From NCBI GenBank assembly GCA_965248755.1, contig OZ252149.1, positions 3,776,001 through 3,840,000 of the forward strand: a DNA stretch of 64,000 nucleotides, written 5' to 3'. This document shows positions 8,667 through 19,500 of the stretch, piece after piece (position 1 is the stretch's first letter; every line of letters starts with the position of its first letter). The notes beneath the pieces were generated by a model. The model ran no database searches, was not told where the DNA came from, and worked only from the letters and a program-made list of their open reading frames with translations. The translations under genes were made by a program, and so were the position numbers. The stretch comes from Candidatus Latescibacterota bacterium. Its GTDB lineage: Bacteria; Latescibacterota; CBDEFO01.

Positions 8667-11600
8667 ATGAAAAAAATCGTATTTATGGCTGTCCTTTTGC
8701 CTTTATTAAGTTTGGCGGCCGGCGCCTACGGACAAAATGCTGTGTTGATAATTGAGGACGTGCAGTTAGGCGCTTCAACGGTTAGTTCGGTGGATGTTCC
8801 TGTAGTGTTCAGTAACATAGATGCAGGCCCATCGAGGGGATTCCAGGCTTTAGTAGAGTTTGATACGACTGCCTTCTCTGTAGATACTGTCCTTATAGCT
8901 TCTTCCCGGTTGACTGATCTAAGTTTTGATGCACTATTTAACGTTCAGGATAACGGCCGTCTAAACATCTTAGTCTTCAGCGCTATCTCCAGCGACCTCA
9001 TAGCTGTAGGGGTTGATACTGCGGTAACTATAAGGTTCGAAGTGCTTGCCGGGGCTGCGTTCCCTGAAAATGTGGATTTTGTGGGCGATGGCACCTTTGT
9101 CTCGGATGCTTCGGGCATTAAGACCTCTGTCATATTGGACAACGGTGTTATCTTTGCCGCTCCTGCTTCTTTGAGTATTCCTGATGTGCAGTTGACTTCC
9201 GGGGATACCGCCGTCGGGGTTCCTGTAGTCTTTGACAATATCAATGCGGGTCCGTCCAGGGGGTTTCAGGCTTTTGTGAAGTACGATACGACCAAGCTTT
9301 CTGTAGCTACTGTGACAGTGATTTCTAACAGGCTGAGTGATGCTGGTTTTGACGTTCAGTTTAACGTTCAAAGCGATGGGATTTTGAATATTCTGGTGTT
9401 TAGTCCTGAGGCGGACAGTTTGATAGCCACAGGCTCCGACACTGCGGTGAACGTAAGTTTTGATATAGTTTCAGGTGCAGCATTTCCTGACAGCGTTAAG
9501 TTTGCCGATGGGACGGTTGTGTCTGATGCTAATGAGCGCAGTATTCCCGTCATACTGGACAACGGTGCTATCCTGCCACCTGGGGTTTTGCTGACTATTC
9601 CCGATGTGACTCTGGCTACGAGGACGGCCACTACTGTAGATGTGCCTATAGAGTTTGATAACACAGATGGGGACTCCTCAAGGGGCATGGAGTTAGTCCT
9701 GGAATTTGATACTGCGAAATTGTCAGTTGGTACTGTGACCATAGTTTCAGAAAGGTTGACTCCACTGAGCTTTATCGTGGACTTCCAGACTCAGGCTGAC
9801 GGCAGGCTGAAGATATTGTTATTCAGCCCGATCAGCGCTGAGGTAATATCGGTGGGGTCGGACACTCTATTGAATGTGAAGTTTGACATACTTTCTGGGG
9901 CGACCTTCCCCGATAGTGTGAAGTTTGCCGATGGGACTACTGTATCCGGGTCCACCGGACTTGCGGTGCCCGTGGTGACAGACAACGGGGCTATCTTACC
10001 CGCTGTCCTTATTCCTGCTTCTTTAACTATTCCCGATGTTCAATTGGTTTCTGGAGATACAATAGTTGATGTCCCTATAGTATTTGACAATATCGCTGCG
10101 GGTCCGTCGAGGGGGTTTCAGGCCTTTGTGCAGTACGATACGACCAAGCTTTCGGTGGATAGCATGACTGTGGTTTCCAGCAGGTTGACGGACGCCCTTT
10201 TTGATGCGCAGTTTAACGTTCAGGCCGATGGGGTCTTAAATATTGTTGTGTTCAGCCCTGAGGCGGACAGTTTGATAGCAGCAGGTTCGGACACTGCGTT
10301 GACAATAAGTTTTGCTATACGTGCGGGTGCCGTATTTCCTGACAGCGTGAAGTTTGCCGATGGGACGATCGTGTCCGATGCTGATGGGCTCAGTATCCCC
10401 GTCATATTGGATAACGGGGCTATCCTACCGCCTGTGCCTACGGTAGCGGTGAGTCCTGCAGCGATAGATTTCGATAGTGTGACGGTGGGAACTACGAAGA
10501 AGGATACTCTTATCGTGATCAGCACAGGGACCGGTACGCTTCAGTTGGACAGCCTTGTGTTATCCGGTAATTCGGTCTTTTCGGCTCCTTCTGGTCCGTT
10601 TGCCATAGCTCCCGGCGAAAGTCTTGAGGTAGAGGTGACGTTTACTCCCGATACAACGAGGGTTTTTAGCGACACTTTGACTTTATTCAGCAATGCGACT
10701 AACGATCCCAGCGTGAAGGTGCCTTTAGCGGGAACAGGTTCAGGCTTCCCGGCCATAGACGCTGCGCCCGATACGCTGAACTTTGGGAATGTGGCCGTGA
10801 ATTCCTCAAAGAGGGATACCGTCGTGGTCAAGAGTGTGGGCTCGATTTTGCCTCTTGAGATTGACAGTATAGCCGTGACGTCTGGAGATGCTGTGTTCTC
10901 GATTGCTGGGATTGTGGACATAGGGGACAGCAGTATAGCTGTCGGAGATAGTTTCAAGGTTGCGGTCGCTTATAGTCCGACAGAGACCGGTCTTGATGCG
11001 GGAGCTTTGACTATATTCAGCAATTCCGTTAGCGATCCGAACTTGGAAGTGAGATTGACGGGAACCGGTGTAGCCCCAGACATAAATGTGTCTCCTCTTG
11101 CTATCGATTTTGGTTCTGTGGAGGTTGGCAGCACTTCGGATAGTCTGGTGGTGATCAGTAACCTGGGGGATGCGGATCTGACGCTTGGGACTCTAATAGT
11201 GGCCGATAGTGTCAATTACTCCTTCAGTCCTGATCTTTCGGGGGCAATTATTCCTCCTTCGGGGAGCGATACCTTGGTCGTGACGTTCAAGCCTCAGAGC
11301 ATAGGGGCATTTCCCGCGGTGTTGGCGATCCCAAGCGATGATCCTGACGCTCTTGAGGATACTGTGTTAGTGAATCTGACGGGTGTGGGTCTTGCACCTG
11401 ACATAGATGTATCTCCTGTTGCCATAGATTTTGATACTGTTGTGGTTGGGGGTTTGAAAAAAGATACGCTGATCATTGCAAATACAGGTAATGACACTTT
11501 GGTTTTGGGCACTCTGTCCAAGATCGGCGCCAATCCGCTTGCTTTCACCTTTGCTCCTATTCTTGCTAATGTTTCCGGTTCGGCTGTTGCCCCTGGTGAG

Positions 11601-14600
11601 AGCATCTCAGTGGTTGCCAATTTCAGCCCTGGTGCTCCGGGGCCTAAGAGCGCCACTTTGGTTATTCCGAGCAACGATCCTGATGCTGTAGAGGATACAA
11701 TATTTGTGAGTCTTACTGGTTTTGCGCTGGGATTTGCTCGTGTGGCGGTGGATCGTGATACAGTTGATTTCGGCGATGTGGTGAAGATAGATACGACAAG
11801 GGTGGAGACGGTCTTTGTGAAGAATGTAGGCGTAAGCATCAATCTGGCTCTGGATCCTGATAACCTGACGATAGACAATCCTGTGTTCAGAGTTGTCTCT
11901 ATTTCCAAGTCTTCTGTGGCTCCTGGGGACAGCGCTGCAGTGGCTGTAAGAGTGGGTCCTGGAGCTGCCGCAGGTCCCGTCTCCGGTGTTTTGACGATAA
12001 GTAGCAATGCGGACAACAGCCCGAATCTGGTGACTCTCGAGGCCAATCTTTTGGGGTTTGCGGCTGTGGAGACTATCCCTGATACGGTGGACTTTGGGAA
12101 TATAGTAATTTTGTTTACGCCGAGGACGGATACCGTCGTGGTGAAAAATGCGGGAATGGATTTGGTCCTTATTATAGATAGTTTAGTGGTGACGAGGGCG
12201 GATTCTGTCTATTCGATTGTCGAAGTTATAGGGGATAGCAGCATAGCTGAAGTCGATGACAGTCTCATGGTTGTGGTCAAGTATAGTCCGAAAGGTCTCG
12301 GTCCTGACGAGGGGACGTTGACTATATTCAGCAACGCTTTTGGGACTCCGGCTGAGGAAGTGACGTTGTTGGGGAGCGCCGGAGGTTTTGCCGATATTGA
12401 TGTAGATCCCGATACTCTGAACTTCGGGAATGTGCGGTTCGGTCAGTCGAAGATAGACAGTGTTCAAATAATAAGTGCCGGCGTGGATACGTCTTTGACG
12501 ATAGATAGTGTGGCTGTGAGTGGTGATCCTGATTTCTTGCTTGTTGCGCCTGTTACGGGCGCGGTCCTTTCCGATGGAAGTAGTCTGTTCGCGGTCGTCC
12601 AATATACTCCCGATGATGTCGGTGCAGATAGCGGTGTCTTGACTGTATTCAGCAATGCGATCGCTGATTCGGTCTTGGGTGTTCCACTGAAGGGTAGGGG
12701 TATAGCACCAGATATCGATGTATCTCCTGATAGTATAGATTACGGTGGTGTGGCAGTAGGTGAAAGTGCGGATGATACGGTAACGATTAGGAACTTAGGC
12801 GATGCGGATCTGTTGCTGGGGACTCTGTCTCTTACAGGCGTTGATACGAGTGAGTTTTCTATTTTGGCTCCTGATCCTTCCGATTCGACTGTTGCTCCGG
12901 GTGATAGCACTGAGGCTGTTGTGAGGTTTTCGCCTTCGTCGGCTGGTGCAAAGTTTGCCACTTTAGTCATACCGAGCGATGATCCTGATGAGGCTACTGT
13001 ATCTGTGTCTTTGACAGGTGTCGGTCTTGTGCCTGATATAGATGTATCTCCTGATAGTATAGGTTTCGGTGGTGTAGCAGTAAGCCAGAATGCGGATGAT
13101 ACGGTAACGATTAGGAACTTAGGCGATGCGGATCTGTTGCTGGAGACTCTGTCTCTTACAGGCGTTGATACGAGTGAGTTTTCTATTTTGGCTCCTGATC
13201 CTTCCGATTCGACTGTTGCTCCGGGTGATAGCACTGAGGCTGTTGTGAGGTTTTCGCCTTCGTCGGCTGGTGCAAAGTTTGCTACTTTGGTCATACCGAG
13301 CGATGATTCTGATGAGGCTACAGTATCTGTGTCTTTAACAGGTGTGGGTCTTGTGTCTATAAAAGAGGTTTCAAGGGATTCAATAGATTTTGGGGATGTG
13401 CCTAAGGATAGCCTGAAGGTGGATTCTGTGTTTGTGAGGAATGTGGGTGATGCGCCTGCGAAGATCATATCTGTAAAGACGGGGACACTTGCTTTTACGG
13501 TCTTTACGCCTTCCTTTGGTGACAGCCTAATAAGTCCGAGCGACTCTTTGAGGATAGATGTTGCGTTTTCCCCCGATACTACGGGGGTATTTGAGGATAC
13601 CCTGATAGTTATAAACGGGCTTCCTTCTGCGCCCGACACGCTTAAGGTGCCTTTAGTGGGTAGGGGTGTATTGATTAACGTGTTAGATGTGGGCAATGCT
13701 CAGGCTTATGCGGGCGACGTGGGCGTGGAAGTGCCGCTCACAATATTGAACAACGATACTTTGAGCGGTGTGCAGTTCGATCTGGTGTTCGACGCGAGTT
13801 CTCTGACGCTTGTGGACGTAAAGCCCAGATTTGGACTGCCTACGTCGTTTACGCCTCCTGACGTTGTTGCCGGAACAAATACGGCGACTGTGGCGATTCT
13901 GGATATTCCTCCGAGCACCAATACCATTCCGATTAATGCCGATCTCGACACTTTAGCTATCCTCGTGTTCGATGTGAAGCCCGGCATTCCCGCCGGGATT
14001 GTGCCTCTGGATCTTGCAGACGTCAAGTTCGTAGGGGCGGAAGGTGATACTTTGCAGCCTGACGCTGTGGCTTTAGATGGTTCGATCCAGATTCTCTTCG
14101 GGACGAATATAGATGTGGCGCCGGATACACTAATCTTCGCCGGGTCGCCGCCCAACGATACCTCTCTTGCGGCTCTGAGAGTGTTTAACGTGGGGAATAG
14201 GGACAGCCTGATCGTAAACCAGATAATTTCCTCGAATCCCTCTGTCTTCTCGGTGGTAGATCCTCTGCCCTCGGGTCCGATAGCTAAGGTGGACAGCCTG
14301 GACATTACGTTCAGGTTCACGCCGCCCGATACGGGACTCTTTATTGCGACTGCGACGATTGTCAGCAACGACGCCAACGGCGATACGGTCATCGTGCGCC
14401 TTGAGGGTCAAGGGAGGATACCCAACGTTGTGGACATCAGCGCTGGTGGGAGCGGATTTGCGGGAGACAGGAGGAGACCTGTTGCTCTGGTTGTTGCTGC
14501 AGACGATACTATTATAGGATTACAATTTGAACTTGCGTTCAACACAAATTCCCTTTCGCTTGTGGATATAACGTCGAATGTGCCCGCTACGTTTACGCCC

Positions 14601-16403
14601 GATTCTGTGCTCTCTGCTGGCGTGGATACCGTCACCATAGTCTTGCTGGATACGGACGCGGAAAACCCGCCGCTTCTGGTGATCCCTGGTATCAGGGATA
14701 CGGTGGCGACGCTGTTCTTCGATGTGGCTCCGGGTACACCGGCAGGTTTGCTTGCTTTAGTCATATTAGAAAACAACGTGCAGTTCTCGGATCTGGATGG
14801 CAATCCCCTCTCGCCCTCAATAGGCATAGCTGGCGAATTTGAGGTGCTTGCGGGTCCGAACATAGTGGTTTCCCCTGTGCCCATAGATTTAGACACTGTG
14901 TCTACGAACGAGTCGAAGGACACTCTGTTAGTCATAACTAATGTGGGAAATCTGGCTCTAAATCTGGATACGCTGACGCTGGCTGGGAACTCAGCCAGGG
15001 ATACAGTGTTTGCTATTGATCTTTCGGGCATAGCTTTGCCCGATGCCCCGCTGGCAGTAGGGGAGTCCGATACGGTCGTTGTAACGTTCACACCAGTGGA
15101 TACGGTGTCATATGCAGCGGTTATCACAGTTGTGAGCAACGACCCCGATGCGGACAGCGTGTTTGTGGACTTGACAGGTATTGGAGAGATTGCAGGGTTT
15201 AATATTTCTGGTTCTGTAAAATACTTCTCAGATCTTGCTAAGAGTGTACCTGATGTAGTAATCAGCCTTGACGAACAGCCCGGAGGGACTTTTGTCGATG
15301 CGGATACTACTCTTACCGACGGAACCTACGAGTTGCTTCTGGTGCCTGCTGGGGTAGATTATAGGGCTACGCCTTTGAAGACTGATTTGCCGGGTTCTGA
15401 TCCTGTCTCCATTAACGATGCGGTGTTTGTTCTGCAGAAATTGGGAGGTTTAAAGGTATTTGATGTTGCGACTTCCCTTTCGGCTGACACCGATGGCGAT
15501 GCTGTTGTCTCCATTAACGATGCAGTATTTATTCTACAGAAATTGGGGGGTCTCAAGACTCTGCCGTTCGCGCCGGGGTTGTGGGGATTTGTCCCAGCAA
15601 ACATAGACTATTTGGCCTTGAGCGCTGATCAGTCCGGGCAGGACTATATCGGAGTTATTGTAGGCGATGTAGATGGTGATTTCAAAAATCAACTTCCGCC
15701 TGCTGCTAAGTCGATTGAACCGCAACCGTCCAGCATAAGGCTATCCTTAGATGACTTTGAACGCGGAAGCGGCAAGACGTGGACGGTTCGGCTGGCCATC
15801 AACAGGCCAGATAGCATATTCGGAGTGGATGTCGGAATAGAATATCCTGTTGGGGTTATCGATGTGCAAGAGGTCAGAAAGATTAAAGATAATAGCAATC
15901 GTCTATTCGTGTCTAATTTAGAAAATGAGGGTCAGATAGATATAGCTATGGCCAGTGCTATGCCGATTGAAGGTGATGGCTCGCTGTTTGAAATAGAGTT
16001 TGAGATTATAGGCGAACCCAATGAGCCAGGTTTCACGCTCACAAGGGGAATGATTTCTGATGCTATAAGAGTGATAGATCTGCGCCCTGCGAATGAAAGA
16101 TTTGCGATATTGCCGAAGGAAGCATCTTTGAGTCAGAACTATCCCAACCCATTTAACCCGGAAACTACCATCGAATATGCTGTTCCTACAGGCTCCGGAG
16201 CAGTACCTGTGAAGTTGAGCATATATAACGCTATTGGACAGCAGATGAAGATTTTGGTTGATGAAAAGGTGAACCCAGGCTTCTATTCGGTCGTATGGGA
16301 TGGAAGAGATAATCAAGGGAGGCTCGTGGGTACTGGGGTCTACTTCTACAGGATTGTTGCTGGTAAGTTTGCCACTACAAAGAAAATGGTGTTCCTCAAA
16401 TAG
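8667..16403 (+). CDS. Giant scaffoldin-like protein (~2578 aa): signal peptide, ~7 cohesins, ~12 ASH/choice-of-anchor-D Ig domains, dockerin-like pair, CTD
   Basis: GGAGG RBS before ATG 8667. Four tandem N-terminal repeats (VPVVF.N...RGFQA...DNG.I), repeats P.I.V.P..IDFG.V...SDDPD...LTG.G, duplicated VSINDAVF.LQKLGGLK, CTD SQNYPNPFNP. Confidence 0.85.
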   Translation: MKKIVFMAVLLPLLSLAAGAYGQNAVLIIEDVQLGASTVSSVDVPVVFSNIDAGPSRGFQALVEFDTTAFSVDTVLIASSRLTDLSFDALFNVQDNGRLNILVFSAISSDLIAVGVDTAVTIRFEVLAGAAFPENVDFVGDGTFVSDASGIKTSVILDNGVIFAAPASLSIPDVQLTSGDTAVGVPVVFDNINAGPSRGFQAFVKYDTTKLSVATVTVISNRLSDAGFDVQFNVQSDGILNILVFSPEADSLIATGSDTAVNVSFDIVSGAAFPDSVKFADGTVVSDANERSIPVILDNGAILPPGVLLTIPDVTLATRTATTVDVPIEFDNTDGDSSRGMELVLEFDTAKLSVGTVTIVSERLTPLSFIVDFQTQADGRLKILLFSPISAEVISVGSDTLLNVKFDILSGATFPDSVKFADGTTVSGSTGLAVPVVTDNGAILPAVLIPASLTIPDVQLVSGDTIVDVPIVFDNIAAGPSRGFQAFVQYDTTKLSVDSMTVVSSRLTDALFDAQFNVQADGVLNIVVFSPEADSLIAAGSDTALTISFAIRAGAVFPDSVKFADGTIVSDADGLSIPVILDNGAILPPVPTVAVSPAAIDFDSVTVGTTKKDTLIVISTGTGTLQLDSLVLSGNSVFSAPSGPFAIAPGESLEVEVTFTPDTTRVFSDTLTLFSNATNDPSVKVPLAGTGSGFPAIDAAPDTLNFGNVAVNSSKRDTVVVKSVGSILPLEIDSIAVTSGDAVFSIAGIVDIGDSSIAVGDSFKVAVAYSPTETGLDAGALTIFSNSVSDPNLEVRLTGTGVAPDINVSPLAIDFGSVEVGSTSDSLVVISNLGDADLTLGTLIVADSVNYSFSPDLSGAIIPPSGSDTLVVTFKPQSIGAFPAVLAIPSDDPDALEDTVLVNLTGVGLAPDIDVSPVAIDFDTVVVGGLKKDTLIIANTGNDTLVLGTLSKIGANPLAFTFAPILANVSGSAVAPGESISVVANFSPGAPGPKSATLVIPSNDPDAVEDTIFVSLTGFALGFARVAVDRDTVDFGDVVKIDTTRVETVFVKNVGVSINLALDPDNLTIDNPVFRVVSISKSSVAPGDSAAVAVRVGPGAAAGPVSGVLTISSNADNSPNLVTLEANLLGFAAVETIPDTVDFGNIVILFTPRTDTVVVKNAGMDLVLIIDSLVVTRADSVYSIVEVIGDSSIAEVDDSLMVVVKYSPKGLGPDEGTLTIFSNAFGTPAEEVTLLGSAGGFADIDVDPDTLNFGNVRFGQSKIDSVQIISAGVDTSLTIDSVAVSGDPDFLLVAPVTGAVLSDGSSLFAVVQYTPDDVGADSGVLTVFSNAIADSVLGVPLKGRGIAPDIDVSPDSIDYGGVAVGESADDTVTIRNLGDADLLLGTLSLTGVDTSEFSILAPDPSDSTVAPGDSTEAVVRFSPSSAGAKFATLVIPSDDPDEATVSVSLTGVGLVPDIDVSPDSIGFGGVAVSQNADDTVTIRNLGDADLLLETLSLTGVDTSEFSILAPDPSDSTVAPGDSTEAVVRFSPSSAGAKFATLVIPSDDSDEATVSVSLTGVGLVSIKEVSRDSIDFGDVPKDSLKVDSVFVRNVGDAPAKIISVKTGTLAFTVFTPSFGDSLISPSDSLRIDVAFSPDTTGVFEDTLIVINGLPSAPDTLKVPLVGRGVLINVLDVGNAQAYAGDVGVEVPLTILNNDTLSGVQFDLVFDASSLTLVDVKPRFGLPTSFTPPDVVAGTNTATVAILDIPPSTNTIPINADLDTLAILVFDVKPGIPAGIVPLDLADVKFVGAEGDTLQPDAVALDGSIQILFGTNIDVAPDTLIFAGSPPNDTSLAALRVFNVGNRDSLIVNQIISSNPSVFSVVDPLPSGPIAKVDSLDITFRFTPPDTGLFIATATIVSNDANGDTVIVRLEGQGRIPNVVDISAGGSGFAGDRRRPVALVVAADDTIIGLQFELAFNTNSLSLVDITSNVPATFTPDSVLSAGVDTVTIVLLDTDAENPPLLVIPGIRDTVATLFFDVAPGTPAGLLALVILENNVQFSDLDGNPLSPSIGIAGEFEVLAGPNIVVSPVPIDLDTVSTNESKDTLLVITNVGNLALNLDTLTLAGNSARDTVFAIDLSGIALPDAPLAVGESDTVVVTFTPVDTVSYAAVITVVSNDPDADSVFVDLTGIGEIAGFNISGSVKYFSDLAKSVPDVVISLDEQPGGTFVDADTTLTDGTYELLLVPAGVDYRATPLKTDLPGSDPVSINDAVFVLQKLGGLKVFDVATSLSADTDGDAVVSINDAVFILQKLGGLKTLPFAPGLWGFVPANIDYLALSADQSGQDYIGVIVGDVDGDFKNQLPPAAKSIEPQPSSIRLSLDDFERGSGKTWTVRLAINRPDSIFGVDVGIEYPVGVIDVQEVRKIKDNSNRLFVSNLENEGQIDIAMASAMPIEGDGSLFEIEFEIIGEPNEPGFTLTRGMISDAIRVIDLRPANERFAILPKEASLSQNYPNPFNPETTIEYAVPTGSGAVPVKLSIYNAIGQQMKILVDEKVNPGFYSVVWDGRDNQGRLVGTGVYFYRIVAGKFATTKKMVFLK
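12708..13355 (+). repeat. Near-identical 324-bp (108-aa) intragenic tandem duplication of one Ig domain
   Basis: GATGTATCTCCTGATAGTATAG...GGTCTTGTG repeated at a 324-bp period with few substitutions. Confidence 0.92.
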
Positions 16404-16523
16404 AGTTTAGTTGCGTCTACCCCACGATTAAGGGAGGGATAGGCGTGAAAGAGACGTGTGAATAATAGGGATAATAACTGACTGAGATCCCTTTTAAAGT
16501 AACATAATAAGGAGAAAAACATT

Positions 16524-19500
16524 ATGAAGAACCTAAAACTGCTTTTAGCATCTGCTCTCCTTCTCGTCGTAGCGTGGGGCACTACCGCTGAAGCTCAAGT
16601 GACTGTGTCGGTTCCGGATACTGCGGGTGATCCAGGGGATCTGGTGAAAGTGAAGGTATACATGGAACTGCAGCCTGAGGCTACTCTCGGCTTGGCTGGA
16701 TTCGATATCAAGCTTAACATTGATCCGACAGTTATCAAAGTCGCGGGCACTTTCGTAAAAGATTTCACCTCTTTAATACCGACATTCAGTAATTTCGCTA
16801 CAGTCAGCAATAGCGACAGTACATTAAATCTTATTGGTGCTACGTCGCTAGGTCTTGCGCTGGGATTTGAGGACTTTGGGGTTCCTGCCAACCCTGCAGC
16901 TTTCTTTGAGATCGGTTTCAATGTAGTAGGAAGTCCAGGAGATGTCAGCCCGATCACTGTAAATCTGGTAACGTCGGGTGTTTCTACGGGCCCTCGTGGG
17001 ACCTCGGACACTGCACTTAATCCAGTAGATATCGTTGTAAATGGAAGCTTCAGTATACCTGTGGACATCTCCCAAACGACTGTAGTGGCGGCTCGCACGA
17101 CTCTTAAAGCAGACGGCGCTGATACTACGCTGATTACAGTGACTCCGAGAAAGGCCGACGGCAGTAAGATCAGCGCTACTCTAAATGTAAGCGTTAATAC
17201 AACAGCAGGCTCCGTGGGGAGTGTAACCGCAGAGACAGATAGCACTTATACTTCTACACTTACATCTTCAAACCTCGATGAAACGGCTGTGGTTACGGCT
17301 ACTATCGTGGGTTCAGTGGCTCCGGACTCTGCCGTGGTGGTTTTTGCTCCCTTTTCCGATATTGAAGTCACTCCGTTGAGTATAGATTATGGTATTGTGT
17401 TGACGCTAACCGGCAGTGCGGACAGTACAGTAACGATAGCCAACTTAGGGAATGGTCCCTTAGTCTTAGGGACTCTGTCTATTGAGGGTACTGATGCAAG
17501 TGAGTTTTCTATTGTAGCTCCAGATCCCTCCGGTACGACTGTCTCTCCGACTCTTAGTGCTGACGCTATTATAAGGTTCTCGCCTGTATCGGGAGGGCCC
17601 AAGTCCGCCACTTTACTCATTCCTAACAACGATCCTGACGCAGCTGATGATACTGTATCTGTGGCATTGGTAGGTGTGGGCGGAGAACCTAATATAACAG
17701 TGGTAGATACGGTGGATTTTGGAAGTGTAAGCACTATCGGTGCTCCCAAGGATATTGACTTAGAGATACTAAGTGACGGCGGTCTACAGTTGCAGATCAG
17801 TGCTGTGACTCTTACAGGCTCAGGCGCTGCGGCTTATACGTTGCTGGATAATCTGGATGGGGTTATACTCCCTGCACTAACGGGAAAGGATACACTGAGC
17901 ATAAGATTTGCCCCGACCAGTGTGGGTCCCTTCACAGCAGATGTGACTATCTTCAGCGATGATCCCGATACGTCTGAGAAGACAGTTACCTTACTTGGTA
18001 CTGGAATTGAGCCTGATATAGTTGTGACTCCGTTCGATTTCGGACCTGTGGAGGTGGACTCTCAGAAGACAGATACCCTGATAGTGAATAATGTGGGAAC
18101 GGACGACCTGAATATCGACTCCCTGCGCACAAATCTATTCCCTATTCCGTTTGATGCATTCCCTGCTGGTTCATTACCAGCAGCCGTCTCTCCGGGCGGA
18201 TTGCTCAAAGTAGTGATTCAGTTCCAACCCGATTCTGTGGGGGTCTTTAACGATACAGTGACTGTCTTCAGTGATGACCCGGACAGTCCTTCTTTCAAGG
18301 TTCCGCTGACCGGAATTGGCGTTGTACCAGATATTAATATTGCTCCTCTTGACACGCTTACGATTACGGATAGGATTGATACTTCAGGAGTTACGGGAAA
18401 GACGACTACTGGTGCCATAGCAGTAGTCAACCAGGGCGGCGTCGGTTCTGTTCTGGACGTGACCTACAGCCTGGAGAATATAACAGGTGGGGGGACCGCC
18501 ACGTTCTCCGTTGATGGCGCCTCTGCGCCGAGTCCTTCGCGGGTGCCTGACGGCTTGTCTATCAATATAGTTATAGCCTTTGCGTCCATAGATTCAGCCG
18601 ATACTCTCCAGCCCAGATTTGCAAGGGTCATAATCACAAGTGATGATCCCAACAGCGTAGATACAGTGATTGTACAGGGTATATCAGTGCTGGGCCCTTC
18701 ACCCAAGCCGAGGGCGGAGCCCGCTTCTCTGGATTATGATGGTGTTTTTGCAGGGACGACCAAGGACCTACAGGTCGTTATCGGAAACGGTCCTGGCGGA
18801 ACGACAGCAGATCCTGATGCTGACACGACTTTTGTCATAACAGAGACTGTTATTAGTGGGGATACTCTCTCTGACGGGAGCTTTGTCTTTTCAATTGTAG
18901 TGCCTCCTCCAGCAACTATCAATTTCGGGGACAGCGCTACTGTGACGGTGAAGTATAATGCTCCGGATGTTTTGAGTCCTGTCACGAATAATGGGACGTT
19001 GACGCTGAGGGATACAGTCAGCAACGCTGTGATAAGTATTCCTTTGAGTGGTAATACTGGCAATTCTATCGTAACACTTTCTGCACCTCCATTAGATTTC
19101 CCCGATCATAAGGTCGGAAGGTCTGGTCCGCCTGCGAGGGCTTTGGCTATACGAAACGATGCTGCCGCTACCGCAAATGCGAGGGTGGACAGTGTTATTG
19201 TTTCTGACATCATAGCGGGGAGCGTGCCCCAGTTTACGTTCAGTCCGAGCACTGGCTATCCACGCACTATCAGCAATGGAGACAGCTTGGTGTTGACCGT
19301 AACGTTTAATCCTCTGACTCCTACGGAGCCGGACAGCATCTTTAAGGACTTTGAGGCGTTGTTGGAAGTGAATAACACGGACACGGATAATCCCAGTCCT
19401 TCCGTCGATATGACTGGAAAAGGTCTTGCGCCTCAGCCCGAACTTATCGTGGACGATTTCTTGATCTTTGCACCTGCTCAATTGGATACGGGTCAGGCAA

